A DNA stretch of 64,000 bases, from assembly GCA_947574235.1 (NCBI GenBank), contig CANPIU010000001.1:23185-87184 (forward strand), read 5' to 3'. Below, one piece after another: positions 1 through 10,965 of the stretch; the first letter of the stretch is position 1; each line of letters starts with the position of its first letter. Under the pieces are notes generated by a model that did no database searches, was not told where the DNA came from, and worked only from the letters and a program-made list of their open reading frames with translations. The stretch is from an uncultured Clostridium sp. (GTDB taxonomy: Bacteria; Bacillota; Clostridia; TANB77; CAG-508). The translations under genes were made by a program, and so were the position numbers.

Positions 1-337
1 AACCTAAAAAATGAAATAGAACAAGAATTAAAAGCAGGAAATGAATACAATTTATCTTCAGAAGAAAAAGCGTTTTTTGACGCTCTTCGGAGATGATCCC
101 GAAGTTAAAGAATTAATGAAAGATGATGTACTAGTTCAAATAGCAAAAGAATTAGTTGAAACAGTTAATAAAAATATGACCATTGACTGGGACGTTAGGA
201 AAGATGCTAGAGCAAGAATGAGAATTGAAATTAAGAAATTATTAATTAAGTACAACTATCCACCAAATAAAAGTGAAAAAGCAGTTCAAACAGTTATTAA
301 ACAAGCTGAATTGAAATGTAAAGGGATGATAGAATAA
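1..337 (+). CDS. hsdR: Type I restriction enzyme R subunit, C-terminal fragment (5' end outside window); reading requires +1 at in-frame CGG 88-90
   Basis: Frame 1 ...LSSEEKAFFDAL(CGG) then frame 2 GDDPEVKELMKDDVLVQIAKELVETVNKNMTIDWDVRKDARARMRIEIKKLL = HsdR C-terminal (DUF3387-type) conserved block; ends 337. Confidence 0.6.
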
Positions 338-350
338 GGAGCGAACTAAA

Positions 351-1868
351 TTGAATACAAATAGTACTAATAAGCTAATAGAAATATTAGATAGAAAACA
401 AATTAAATTTGAAAAAGGAGAAAAGCCTCTATTCAAAAAATATAGTTATTATCAAGTAGTAAATGCATATAAAGATTTATTTGTTAAGGACATAGAATAC
501 ATTGATGATATAAAGAACAATATCTCAAATGGTACGAATATAGAATTTTATAGAAGTGCGTTTAAAATAAAACCTGATATAGAAGATAAAGATTTATATG
601 AAAATATATGTAATAAAATATGCGATAAATATGGATTAAAAGCTAATAATTTAAAAGAAAAGGAAGCAGATATTAAGCAAATTAAATATCATCTACATAT
701 TTATGGAAAAAATGCAAAATATGGTGATTTTGTAAGAATGTATAAATTTGAACATGAATTAAGATTGATGTTATTAAAGTATACACTTATAATAGAAGAA
801 AGTATGAAAAATATATTTATTTCCTATTTAAATGATAATAATTCACCAGCAGATTACTTAGTTAATATGGATAATTATAATACATCATCAATAAGAAATA
901 AAGCATTTGACACAATGAAATTAATAATAGGAAAATATGATAATTTAAAATCAAAACCAATAAAAAGAAAAAGAGACCAAAATATAACAGTTCCATATTG
1001 GATTATTATAAATGAACTTGCAATGAATCAAACATATTATGCGATAGCAAATTTGAAAGAAGAAGATTCAAAAGGAATATTTTTAAGATGCACTAATTTT
1101 TTTACACAATTAAATATTTCATCTGAAAACAAAGGAAAAAATCCTAAGCAAATTCAAAAAGAAAAAGAACAAATTAACATGTTTAAGACAATACTATGTT
1201 ATTTAGGAGAATTTAGAAATATGTTAGCACACAATCAACCTATTTATTGTTATAACATAGATTCATTTGATATAAATAAACAAGTAAAATTCAAATATGA
1301 ATTACCAAAAACAAAAGCAAACAAGAGTGATAGAAATGGAAAAAAATTATCAAAAATGCAACAGCAAATTAAAATAAATGCTGAACTAATGTATAGTCTC
1401 TCAGAATATTTTGGAAAAGACAACTTTAATGCTAACAATTATACAAATTTAAACTTATCAAAAATTATTTATATTCTGTATAAAATGCTAAAAAACATTG
1501 ATAAAAATACAAATTTTTATGATGAATTAAAGCAAATATTTATAAAATATAATATTATTTTAAATATAAATTATACTGAAATCGAAAACGTAGAAAGTTG
1601 TTTGGAACTATTAGAAAAAGTAAAACAATTAGATGAATTTGAGTTAGATAATACAAAAATAATAGAAGATATTGAAAATAAAAAGGCATATAAGAAAAAC
1701 TTAAAAAGCCAGGAAAAACAATTTGAAGGTATAAAAAAAGAAATAATTAGACAAGCAAATAAAGTAAAGGTTGTAATAAAAAAATCAAAATATGTACCAT
1801 TTACAGAGTCGAAAAGATATACACAATTTACTGGTATCGACTATAAATTCTTTAATAATATTTTATAA
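351..1868 (+). CDS. Abi-like abortive infection protein (Abi_2/AbiD-AbiF family), TTG start
   Basis: 505 aa; motif LGEFRNMLAHNQP matches RNxxAH signature of Abi_2 family; RBS AGGAG 337-341; sits between hsdR and defence ATPase. Confidence 0.55.
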   Translation: MNTNSTNKLIEILDRKQIKFEKGEKPLFKKYSYYQVVNAYKDLFVKDIEYIDDIKNNISNGTNIEFYRSAFKIKPDIEDKDLYENICNKICDKYGLKANNLKEKEADIKQIKYHLHIYGKNAKYGDFVRMYKFEHELRLMLLKYTLIIEESMKNIFISYLNDNNSPADYLVNMDNYNTSSIRNKAFDTMKLIIGKYDNLKSKPIKRKRDQNITVPYWIIINELAMNQTYYAIANLKEEDSKGIFLRCTNFFTQLNISSENKGKNPKQIQKEKEQINMFKTILCYLGEFRNMLAHNQPIYCYNIDSFDINKQVKFKYELPKTKANKSDRNGKKLSKMQQQIKINAELMYSLSEYFGKDNFNANNYTNLNLSKIIYILYKMLKNIDKNTNFYDELKQIFIKYNIILNINYTEIENVESCLELLEKVKQLDEFELDNTKIIEDIENKKAYKKNLKSQEKQFEGIKKEIIRQANKVKVVIKKSKYVPFTESKRYTQFTGIDYKFFNNIL

Positions 1869-1981
1869 TTATGAATAAATTTTGAAAAAAAACATAAAAA
1901 TATTGTATATATGTATTTACAATTATTTTTATTTATTGTATAATATATATGTAATTAAATTCCGCAACATGCGGGGGGAGA

Positions 1982-2025
1982 AGTTAGTTGCGACTACTTC
2001 TCTCTTTTGTTTTATAAAAAAAGAA
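1982..2025 (+). terminator. Rho-independent terminator after abi gene
   Basis: stem gagaagt/acttctc with 11-nt loop followed by tctcttttgtttt; preceded by small GC hairpin ccgcaacatgcgg. Confidence 0.4.
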
Positions 2026-2098
2026 CTATCAGGCTCTTTTTCTAACTTAAATTAACACTATCAATCAATATCTCTTCTAATGATTCTACAAGATTTTT

Positions 2099-2175
2099 CA
2101 AAAAATGTGATTTTATAGCTAAAAATGTTTCTAAAAATGTGAGAAACTCTATTGAAAACTTCCCAAAAATGTGAT
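2099..2175 (+). promoter_or_regulatory. three direct copies of aaaaatgtga spaced ~30-37 bp upstream of ATPase gene (candidate operator/promoter array)
   Basis: aaaaatgtgatttta / aaaaatgtgagaaac / aaaaatgtgatatgc immediately 5' of RBS GGAGG and ATG 2205. Confidence 0.3.
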
Positions 2176-2204
2176 ATGCTATTATAAGAGGAGGTAAAAA
2201 ATTT

Positions 2205-3539
2205 ATGGAACGATTAAAAAGAAAAATTGATAATTACCTTATTAAATGGAAAAATAATAGTAATAAATTACCCCTAATAATAAAAGGTGCTAGACAGATT
2301 GGAAAAACAAATGCCATAAGAAATTTTGGAGAGAACAATTATAAAACCTTTGTAGAAATAAACTTTGCGCTTCAACCACAATTTAAAACAATATTTGAAG
2401 AAGGTTTTGAGGTAGATAATATAATAAAAAATATAACATTGAAAATGCCAGAACTAGAACTAAATGAACATGATACCTTAATTTTTTTTGATGAGATGCA
2501 AGACTGTGTAAGCACAGCAACTTCATTAAAAGCATTTAGAGAAGATGGCAGATATGACATTATATGTTCAGGATCCTTAATGGGAATAAATTATAAAGAA
2601 ATTGAATCAAATAGTGTCGGCAATAAAGAAGATTATATCATGAATTCTTTGGATTTTGAAGAATTTCTATGGGCTAAAGGATATACGGATGAACACATTA
2701 ATGATTTATATAAATGTATGATAGAATTAAAACCATTAAGTGATATACAATACAATGTAATGATGTCTAATTTTAAAGAATACATGATAGTAGGAGGAAT
2801 GCCTGCAATCGTAAATCAATTTGTTACCAATAAAAATTTTAGTGGTATCTTAAAAATGCAACAACAAATTTTATTAGATTATGAAGAAGATATAACAAAG
2901 TATGCAGGAGGACTAGATAAAACAAAAATATTAAACTGTTATCGAAAAATACCAGTATTTTTAGGCAATGAAAATAAGAAGTTTCAAATATCTAAAATAG
3001 CAGATGGAGCTAGAAATAGAGAATATGTTGGCGTAGTTGAATGGCTTGCAAATGCTGGAATAGTAAATATTTGTTACGCAATGGAACAAGCAAGTCTACC
3101 ATTAAAAGGAAATTACAATCCTGATAATTATAGATTATACTTTGCAGATACTGGATTATTAATTGGATCATTAGATGAAGAAGTTCAAGATGACTTAAGA
3201 AATAATGAAAATATGAATACTTATAAAGGTGCTTTATATGAAAATATAGTAGGAGATATGTTAGTAAAAGCAGGATATAATTTATATTTCTATAGAGACG
3301 ATTATAAAAAACTTGAAATGGATTTTATGGTTAGAGATAGAAATTCTTTAATTCCTATTGAAGTAAAAGCAAATGATAATGCGACAATTTCACTTAATAA
3401 TTTGATCAGTAACAATTTATACAAAGATATTAAATATGGAATAAAATTATGTAATAGAAATATAGGATTTAACGGCAAATTTTATACTTTTCCCTATTTC
3501 TTAACCTTTCTTTTGAAAAGATATCTAAAAGAAAAATAA
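2205..3539 (+). CDS. AAA+ ATPase with DUF4143-type C-terminus (defence-island associated ATP-binding protein)
   Basis: 444 aa; Walker A GARQIGKT, Walker B IFFDEMQ; strong RBS aggaggtaaaaaatttATG. Confidence 0.7.
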   Translation: MERLKRKIDNYLIKWKNNSNKLPLIIKGARQIGKTNAIRNFGENNYKTFVEINFALQPQFKTIFEEGFEVDNIIKNITLKMPELELNEHDTLIFFDEMQDCVSTATSLKAFREDGRYDIICSGSLMGINYKEIESNSVGNKEDYIMNSLDFEEFLWAKGYTDEHINDLYKCMIELKPLSDIQYNVMMSNFKEYMIVGGMPAIVNQFVTNKNFSGILKMQQQILLDYEEDITKYAGGLDKTKILNCYRKIPVFLGNENKKFQISKIADGARNREYVGVVEWLANAGIVNICYAMEQASLPLKGNYNPDNYRLYFADTGLLIGSLDEEVQDDLRNNENMNTYKGALYENIVGDMLVKAGYNLYFYRDDYKKLEMDFMVRDRNSLIPIEVKANDNATISLNNLISNNLYKDIKYGIKLCNRNIGFNGKFYTFPYFLTFLLKRYLKEK

Positions 3540-3547
3540 AAATATGA

Positions 3548-3600
3548 AAGGTGGGCAAAGAGAAGTTTTTCAAAAAATTCTTTTTACCCACCTTCAATTT
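3548..3600. terminator. hairpin terminator between convergent genes
   Basis: aaaggtgggcaaag...tttttacccacctt followed by caatttt. Confidence 0.35.
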
Positions 3601-3943
3601 TAGGAATAAACCTAAGAATTTAAAGCATTATTCAGCAACTTAACAGCATCACTAAACCTAGTCCTATAATATTTCTCATTCCAATAAATACAATGTTGTA
3701 AAAAATCATCACGCAAATCATCTAAAACATCAGAAACATAATCCTTTTTAGAATCCAAAGTAGCATCCAAAATCCTATCAGCAAAACATCAAACTTAAGC
3801 AAATGCCTTTTATCTTCCTCACTCAAATTAGTTTCCAACTCTTCAGACCTAAAATCCAGCCAATGTGTCATCAAGTCATTTTCACTATCTAAATTATTAT
3901 TTATACTTTCAAAACAACAAAAACATTTTTTATTCATAATCAA
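3600..3943 (-). pseudogene. small hypothetical gene interrupted by a -1 frameshift near 3775 (not CGG-type)
   Basis: RBS GGAGG+ATG at 3943; MNKKCFCCFESINNNLDSENDLMTHWLDFRSEELETNLSEEDKRHLLKFDV then other frame IDRILDATLDSKKDYVSDVLDDLRDDFLQHCIYWNEKYYRTRFSDAVKLLNNALNS*. Confidence 0.3.
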
Positions 3944-4796
3944 AACCTCCGTAAATTTATTTTTATAAAATTAAATGCTAATTAAATTAATCACAAGCAT
4001 TACAAAATTTTTTTCAAAAATTTTGTATACTTAGGTTGCTAAAAAATCATAATAGCTTAAATATAATTGGGCTCAATTTGGGCACACGATTCCCAAAAAC
4101 GAACCCAAAATCACATAAATTTACAAAGTACAAAAATTGGGCACACCAAATATACCAACAAAAACCGACAAAAGCCTTGTCTACCAATCGTTTGCAAAAA
4201 TTACTCATAAGCCGAAGGTCGTAAGTTCGAGCCTTATAGTAGAAATCAAAGAATTGACTAAAATCTATTTTTTAGAATTGGGAACAGTTTTGAAATTTTT
4301 TATGTATTTAATAGTATACTTTAGTATTCTAAGTTATATTGAAATTGAAAAAAATGGAACTAATTTATCTACATTTTTATATGTAAGTAAAGTAGTATTT
4401 GTGAATAGAACGATGTCAAATTTTTTAATTGACTAGGTGTTTTGAGATTCTTTACAAAATGCCTTTTTAAGAAGAATATTGATAATATTTAAAACCTTTC
4501 TTAAAATCGATATCTGGCCGTCCTAAAACTTAATACCTATATTATTCTATGCGTACTAATAGGTTAATGAAAGAATAGTTTGAAATTTAATTTCTTCATC
4601 TTCTAAAGCTGATAATAATTGTTTACAGGATAAACATCAAGTTTAATTTGAGGTATTTCGTGTTTAGATAGCTTAATTCTATCTACTGGACTAATTGGTA
4701 AAAAGATGAGAATATTCTACTTTCGACAAAAATAAATTAAGAAAAAAAGATTTCTGGAAGAGAAAATAGTAATATAAAAATTCTTCCAAGAAATTG

Positions 4797-4825
4797 TTGA
4801 ACAAATTTGTAATATATTGTATAAT
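4797..4825 (+). promoter_or_regulatory. sigma-A-like promoter for the ssp/helicase/GHKL/PLD operon
   Basis: -35 TTGAAC (4797-4802), 17-nt spacer, -10 TATAAT (4820-4825), 30 nt upstream of RBS GGAG and ATG 4856. Confidence 0.4.
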
Positions 4826-4855
4826 AATGAAGAAAAATATAAGTTGGAGAAATAG

Positions 4856-6592
4856 ATGATTAGATATACTTGTAGTAATTGTAATGATATAGAATGCGAG
4901 ACTAGTATATGTCCTGTTTGTAATCAAAGAACACAAATTAGTAAATCAGAAATATATTGGTGTGAAAATTGTAATATTCCTAATTATGATAGACAATGTT
5001 CACTTTGTAACAAAGAAGGTAAATATATAGGAACAGATATTAGACCTGTATTTGCTGAAGAAAGATTGTTATTTGAAATATTGAGAGGAGAATCTTTTAA
5101 ATATATAAATGATTCAATGTGGTATACTAGTGGAAATAATTATATAATTGGTGGAAAAAAAGTTAAATTATCTATAAAGAAAATTTTAAGTAAAGTTAAC
5201 CATAAAGATATAATAGAAAAAATTGAAATAGAAAGTAAGAGAAATCAAAAATATGTAGATGAATTTTATGAACAAGAGCATATAAAAAAATTTGTACAGT
5301 CTAATAAGATTAGATTGAATTATATAATGAATGAAGCAATAGAATACATAAGAAGTCAATCTAAAAATTATAAATCAGATGAGATGTTTATATCTTTTAG
5401 TGGTGGTAAAGATTCAACAGTGACTAGTGATATCGTAATGAAGGCTTTAGGGAGAGAAAACATTATACATATATATGGAGATACAACATTAGAATATCCT
5501 ACAACAGGAGAGTACATAAAAAGATTTAAAGAAGAACATAGACATACACCTATGCTAGTAGCAAAAAATAAAGAGCAAAACTTTAATGAACTTTGCAAAG
5601 TAATAGGACCACCTAGCCGAATGATGAGATGGTGTTGTACTATTTTTAAAACGGGAGCTATAACTAGGAAAATAGATACAACGTTCAGAGAAAAGAAAAA
5701 TATACTGACATTTCAAGGAATTAGAAGAAATGAATCAATAGCAAGAAACAAATATGATAGAAAAAGTAAAGATTCAAAAATAGCTAAACAAATAGTTATT
5801 TCACCTATAATAGATTGGCTTGAATTTGATATTTGGTTATACATATTATCAAACAAAATAGATTTTAATGATGCGTATAAACAAGGATTTTCTAGAGTAG
5901 GCTGTTGGTGCTGTCCTAATAATGGTTCATGGGCTGAATTCCTTTCTTCAATATATATGCCAAAAATGTATGATGAATTTAAAGAAATTTTAGTAGATTT
6001 TGCGAAGTCAATTGGAAAACCTGATCCATTAGAATATATTCAAGAAGGAGGTTGGAAAGCAAGGCAAGGTGGAAATGGACTTGAATTTAGCAAAAATGCA
6101 ATAGTTGAATTCAAGCCATGTGCACTAATAGAGAATACTATAAATTTTGAATTAAATAAAGAGATTAACGAAAATTTATATGAACTATTTAAACCTTTTG
6201 GAATTATAAATGATACAATAGGAAATAAGAGATTAAATGAAATATATGTATTAAATAAAAAAACAAATGAGCCAATATTAAAATTAACAGGAAAGAAAGG
6301 TCAAAGAACATTAAAAGTTTCAATCTTGAAATTTATAGGTCCATTTAAAGATATTAAATCATCAGAAATATTAATAAAAAATCAAATAACTAAATTTCAG
6401 ACTTGCATAGGTTGTCTTGCATGTGAAAGTAATTGTAAATTTAATGCCATAAAAATTACGAATATAGGTACTAATAAAGAAATTAATTATAAGATAAATG
6501 AAAATAAATGTGTAGGTTGTTTAGAATGTGTAAAACACTTTTCGGGAGGGTGTTTTATGAAAAAAGTATTACGTACTAAAATAGGAGAGTAG
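4856..6592 (+). CDS. PAPS-reductase/PP-loop family protein with N-terminal zinc ribbons and C-terminal 2x CxxCxxC ferredoxin motif (SspD-like; DndC-like sulfur-insertion enzyme)
   Basis: 578 aa; CSNCND...CPVCN, CENCN...CSLCN; PP-loop FISFSGGKDSTV; CIGCLACESNC...CVGCLECVKH. Confidence 0.65.
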   Translation: MIRYTCSNCNDIECETSICPVCNQRTQISKSEIYWCENCNIPNYDRQCSLCNKEGKYIGTDIRPVFAEERLLFEILRGESFKYINDSMWYTSGNNYIIGGKKVKLSIKKILSKVNHKDIIEKIEIESKRNQKYVDEFYEQEHIKKFVQSNKIRLNYIMNEAIEYIRSQSKNYKSDEMFISFSGGKDSTVTSDIVMKALGRENIIHIYGDTTLEYPTTGEYIKRFKEEHRHTPMLVAKNKEQNFNELCKVIGPPSRMMRWCCTIFKTGAITRKIDTTFREKKNILTFQGIRRNESIARNKYDRKSKDSKIAKQIVISPIIDWLEFDIWLYILSNKIDFNDAYKQGFSRVGCWCCPNNGSWAEFLSSIYMPKMYDEFKEILVDFAKSIGKPDPLEYIQEGGWKARQGGNGLEFSKNAIVEFKPCALIENTINFELNKEINENLYELFKPFGIINDTIGNKRLNEIYVLNKKTNEPILKLTGKKGQRTLKVSILKFIGPFKDIKSSEILIKNQITKFQTCIGCLACESNCKFNAIKITNIGTNKEINYKINENKCVGCLECVKHFSGGCFMKKVLRTKIGE

Positions 6593-6595
6593 AAT

Positions 6596-7453
6596 ATGAA
6601 GAATAAAGTTAGGTTAAAAGGTCATGAGAGTTTTTCGATAAGAGAAGGTTGGCTTACAAAAGGTATATTTGAGATAAGTAAGAATCCTAAAATCTTTTCA
6701 GAAAAAAATTTGACTGATATATTTGGTATTGGGACGAATATGGTTAAATCATTGAAATATTGGTTAATAGTTTCAAATTTGATTGTAGAAGATAAAAAAA
6801 GTGGATATGTGTTAACTGAATTAGGAGAGTTAATAAAAGAAAAAGATCCCTATATTGAAGATATATTCAGTTTATACTTTATACATACATATATAGTCAA
6901 AAATGAAGAAAGAGCTTTAATTTGGAATCTATTTTTTAATAAATGTAATTTAACAGAGTTTTCCAAAAGTGAGTTACAAGCAAGGATAGAGTATATATTA
7001 AAGAGTAATAATTTAGAATATAATGTTAAAATTTTAAATGATGAAATTTCTGCACTATTAAAAACATACACAAACGAGCAGAAAAATGACACACCTGAAA
7101 ATAATTTTACATGTCCGCTGGTAGAATTAAAATTAATTAAAAGATTAGACAAGGATAGATATATTAAAGAAAAATCATCAATTAATAATTTAGATCCGTA
7201 TGTTGTATATTGGGTATTGATAAATCAAGCAAAAGAAAGAGATAGTATTAATATAGAGGAATTATTGAAAGAAGATAATTCTGTAAGCAAACTATTAAAT
7301 TTAGACAAGCTTTTGCTAAATGATTATTTAGATATTTTAAAAAGGATGGGGTTAATTACATTAAATAGAACAGCTGGTTTGAATATGGTATATATAAATA
7401 AAAAATATACTTTAAAAGAAATATTTGAAAGATACTTTGGAAAGGAGAAATAG
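6596..7453 (+). CDS. DUF4007-family protein (SspB-like)
   Basis: 285 aa; N-terminus KGHESFSIREGWLTKG matches the DUF4007 HETF..R.GWL.K signature; 4-nt gap from upstream gene. Confidence 0.55.
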   Translation: MKNKVRLKGHESFSIREGWLTKGIFEISKNPKIFSEKNLTDIFGIGTNMVKSLKYWLIVSNLIVEDKKSGYVLTELGELIKEKDPYIEDIFSLYFIHTYIVKNEERALIWNLFFNKCNLTEFSKSELQARIEYILKSNNLEYNVKILNDEISALLKTYTNEQKNDTPENNFTCPLVELKLIKRLDKDRYIKEKSSINNLDPYVVYWVLINQAKERDSINIEELLKEDNSVSKLLNLDKLLLNDYLDILKRMGLITLNRTAGLNMVYINKKYTLKEIFERYFGKEK

Positions 7454-7455
7454 CA

Positions 7456-10400
7456 TTGAAATACTCTAATATAGTAGAAATTAATGAAAATTTTCAATAT
7501 TCAATAAATTTACAATTTGATATTAATAATATAAATAAAATAAAAGAGTATATACCAACTAATGATAGTTGTGAAATATTAGAATACTATATAGATAGTA
7601 TTTTAGGTAATGCTAGTAAATCTACTACATTAGTAGGACCATATGGAAAAGGAAAATCTCATCTATTATTGGTTTTAATTACAGTGTTAAATAATTATAA
7701 TGAGGAACAAAAAGAAATAATTAATGAATTATTAGAGAAAATTAAAAAAGTAAATAAATCTTTATATTCTAAGTTATTTGAAATAAGAAAACAAAAATTA
7801 AAATATATGCCAATTATTATAAATAGTAATTATAGTAACATGAATCAGGCATTCCTATTATCAATGTCAGAAGCTTTAGAAAGAGAAGAAATTGAAGATA
7901 TAGTTATTGATACATATTTTGATGTAGCTATAAATATTATAGAAAAATGGGAAAAAGAAGATTATAAAGAGGTACTAAAGAAGATAAATAAATGCTTACA
8001 AAAAGAAGGGAAGAACATAACTGAGTTAAAAAATAAATTAAAGACATATGATGAATCAAGCTATAAATTATTTAAATCAGTTTATAGTTGTGTTATGCAT
8101 GGTATAGAATTTAATCCATTAGTCAATACGGATTTAGTAAAATACTATAGAGATATAAATTATAGAATAAAACAACATGGATATAATGGTATGCTAATAA
8201 TATTTGATGAATTTAGTAAATTTTTAGAATATGTTGGCAATGAAAATATGATGAAAGATTTAAAAATCATACAAGATTTTGCGGAAATCGCTACAAGAAC
8301 AGGGAAAAGTGAGCAAATTATATTCTCATGTATTACACACAAAACAATTAATGAATATATAAAAGACTTAAAAGAGAATAAAGTAAATGCTTTTAAGACA
8401 GTAGAAGGAAGATTTAAAGAAATAAGATTTAATAGAAGTATGGAACAAAATTATGAAATTGTTTCTCAAACTATTTTAAAAAAAGCAAGATTTTCAGAAT
8501 ATATACAAAATAAAATGAAAGAAAAAAAGAAATTTTATGATAAAATTCAAGAGGAGTTTTCGTTTGTTAGAATCGACAAAAATAAAGAAGTTATATATGA
8601 GGGTTGTTATCCTTTAAATCCGATAACAGTATATTCCTTGATACAACTAAGTGAAGAAATAGCACAAAATGAAAGGACATTGTTTACTTTTTTAGCAGAT
8701 GATGATATAAATGGATTTAAATATTTTATAGGCAATAAAGAAGATGAAGAATTATTCAATATAGACAAAATTTATGACTATTTTTATAGCATATTAAAAA
8801 AAGGAAGTAGTCAGTATGTTAAAGAGATTTGGACTAAAGCTGAAAATGCTATAAATAAAATAGATGATGAAGAAGACAAGAAGATATTAAAGGCAATAGC
8901 AATTATATATATGATAAACAAATTTGAAGAAATACAGCCAAAAGATAATACCTTAATTTTAGCTTTAGATATGGAAGAAAAGGTATTTAAGAAAAGAATT
9001 GATAATTTAATAGAAAAAGGAATCATAAAAAGAAAAAAGATAAATGGGGTATATGATTTTTGTACAGTATATAATAGAGAAATATTAAAAGATATAGATA
9101 GATTAGTAAAAGCAAGATTTTCAGAAATTAATGAAAAAGAATCCCTAAATAAAATTGTTAATTTAGGATATGTAATTCCAAGAAGATATAATCAGGAATT
9201 CAAAATGACAAGATTCTTTAAAATGTTATTTATATCTGAAGATGAACTAAACAATATAAGATCATTTAAGGTAATCGAAGAAGAAAATTTTAGTGATGGT
9301 TTGATATTAAATCTTATCAAAAAAAGTAATAATACAGATAAATTAAAAGAGAAAATTGAACAAATAAATGACGAAAAAGTTATATTAAGAGTTCCATCAG
9401 AAATATTTTCGCAAGATTTATTTCAAGCACTAAAAGAATATGAAGCAATACAGTATCTAAAAAATATAGAAGATAATGAAGAAGAAATAAGCAGAGAGCT
9501 AAATTTAATAGAAAATGAAGAAATAGAATTAATACAAAATGAGATTGAAAAGAAATTAGAGCAGCACAATATTAAAGAAATTTATTATTTAAATAGAATC
9601 ATAAAACATGAAAAACTAACAACTCTAATTTCGAATATTTGTGAGGAAGTATATCCAAGTACTCCTATAATTAATAATGAAATGATGAACAAAAATGAAA
9701 TTTCCGTTCAAATGCGAAAGTCAAGAGAAATTGTGATTGATGCAATTTTAAATGCAGATAAAAATATAATAAAGAATGACACAAGTGCTGAAGCTACAAT
9801 ATATAAAGCCATAGTACAAAAGAAAGATAATGAAGATATAAGACATATATTAGAGGTAATAAAGAAATTTATAAAAAATGCAGAAGATAAAGGTAGAACC
9901 ACCATAGAACAATTGTGCAAAATTCTACAAGACAAGCCATATGGAATAAGAAAAGGTGTATTGCCAATATTGATAGCTATTTCTATAGAAGAATATGGTG
10001 AGAATATAGTTTTATATTATCAAAATAAAGAAATAGATATTAGTGGTGAGAATATTTCAAAAATGATTGAAGAACCAGAAAAGTATTATATATATATTGA
10101 AAAAGGAACTTCAAATAAGATGAATTTTGTATCAAATTTATTTAAAATATTTGAAATAAAAGAGACAGAAAATTATAGAAATAACATTAAATTATTAACT
10201 AGTGAAATGAAGAAGTGGATTTTATCTTTACCTAAAATAGCGAGAGAGGTATCGACTACTAATTCTATAATCTTCAAAAATTCATATATAGAAATAAAAA
10301 ATGATTTATTAAAACCAGATATGAATAATAATGAATTTTTATTTCAAAAAATTGAAAGAAGTTTTGGGGAAGAAAATTATGAAAGTTTAACAAAAGATAT

Positions 10401-10950
10401 GTCTTCATTTAAAAATATATATGATAATTATTTAAATAAATATATCGATGCTTTGATTTATGACTTCAAAGAAAAATTTGAACATAATTCGACGAGTAAT
10501 TTAAATATAATTTTAAATAATTGGAATAAAACAATAAATCCACAAATAAAAGAAACAGTTATAAGATTGGAAATAAAGAGGCTATTCGATTACATAAGTA
10601 ATTTGAATACTTATAATGATAGAGAAATTATTGAAGATATATCAAATATAATAGTTGGAAGGTATATAGAAGATTGGCAAGAGGATACATATAATGAATT
10701 TTTTGAAAGATTAAACAACATATTTGATGAAATAAAGAAAATAGAAAATTCTGATTTAGGGGAACAAGAAAGAATTTTAATTTCAGATGGAAAAGGACAA
10801 ATTCAGAAATATATAAATTCTTCAGAAATAAGTTTGTTAGGGAAAACATTAAAAAATAATATTGAAGATTCATTAGAAGAATATGGTGATGCAATTTCAG
10901 AAAGCGAAAAAATTAGAGTATTGTTACAACTAATAAAAAAATATATGTAG
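7456..10950 (+). CDS. large P-loop ATPase, DUF499 / BrxC-PglY-like (SspC-like)
   Basis: 1164 aa; TTG start overlapping upstream stop, RBS AGGAG; Walker A GPYGKGKSHLLLVL; Walker B IIFDEF. Confidence 0.55.
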   Translation: MKYSNIVEINENFQYSINLQFDINNINKIKEYIPTNDSCEILEYYIDSILGNASKSTTLVGPYGKGKSHLLLVLITVLNNYNEEQKEIINELLEKIKKVNKSLYSKLFEIRKQKLKYMPIIINSNYSNMNQAFLLSMSEALEREEIEDIVIDTYFDVAINIIEKWEKEDYKEVLKKINKCLQKEGKNITELKNKLKTYDESSYKLFKSVYSCVMHGIEFNPLVNTDLVKYYRDINYRIKQHGYNGMLIIFDEFSKFLEYVGNENMMKDLKIIQDFAEIATRTGKSEQIIFSCITHKTINEYIKDLKENKVNAFKTVEGRFKEIRFNRSMEQNYEIVSQTILKKARFSEYIQNKMKEKKKFYDKIQEEFSFVRIDKNKEVIYEGCYPLNPITVYSLIQLSEEIAQNERTLFTFLADDDINGFKYFIGNKEDEELFNIDKIYDYFYSILKKGSSQYVKEIWTKAENAINKIDDEEDKKILKAIAIIYMINKFEEIQPKDNTLILALDMEEKVFKKRIDNLIEKGIIKRKKINGVYDFCTVYNREILKDIDRLVKARFSEINEKESLNKIVNLGYVIPRRYNQEFKMTRFFKMLFISEDELNNIRSFKVIEEENFSDGLILNLIKKSNNTDKLKEKIEQINDEKVILRVPSEIFSQDLFQALKEYEAIQYLKNIEDNEEEISRELNLIENEEIELIQNEIEKKLEQHNIKEIYYLNRIIKHEKLTTLISNICEEVYPSTPIINNEMMNKNEISVQMRKSREIVIDAILNADKNIIKNDTSAEATIYKAIVQKKDNEDIRHILEVIKKFIKNAEDKGRTTIEQLCKILQDKPYGIRKGVLPILIAISIEEYGENIVLYYQNKEIDISGENISKMIEEPEKYYIYIEKGTSNKMNFVSNLFKIFEIKETENYRNNIKLLTSEMKKWILSLPKIAREVSTTNSIIFKNSYIEIKNDLLKPDMNNNEFLFQKIERSFGEENYESLTKDMSSFKNIYDNYLNKYIDALIYDFKEKFEHNSTSNLNIILNNWNKTINPQIKETVIRLEIKRLFDYISNLNTYNDREIIEDISNIIVGRYIEDWQEDTYNEFFERLNNIFDEIKKIENSDLGEQERILISDGKGQIQKYINSSEISLLGKTLKNNIEDSLEEYGDAISESEKIRVLLQLIKKYM

Positions 10951-10965
10951 GAAGAGGAGGTAAAA

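Noticed and set aside
4036-4436. ORFs 4036..4224 and 4137..4436 in the gap before the ssp operon
   Set aside because: No RBS and odd composition. The region is better explained as intergenic with a tRNA-like scar and the operon promoter.
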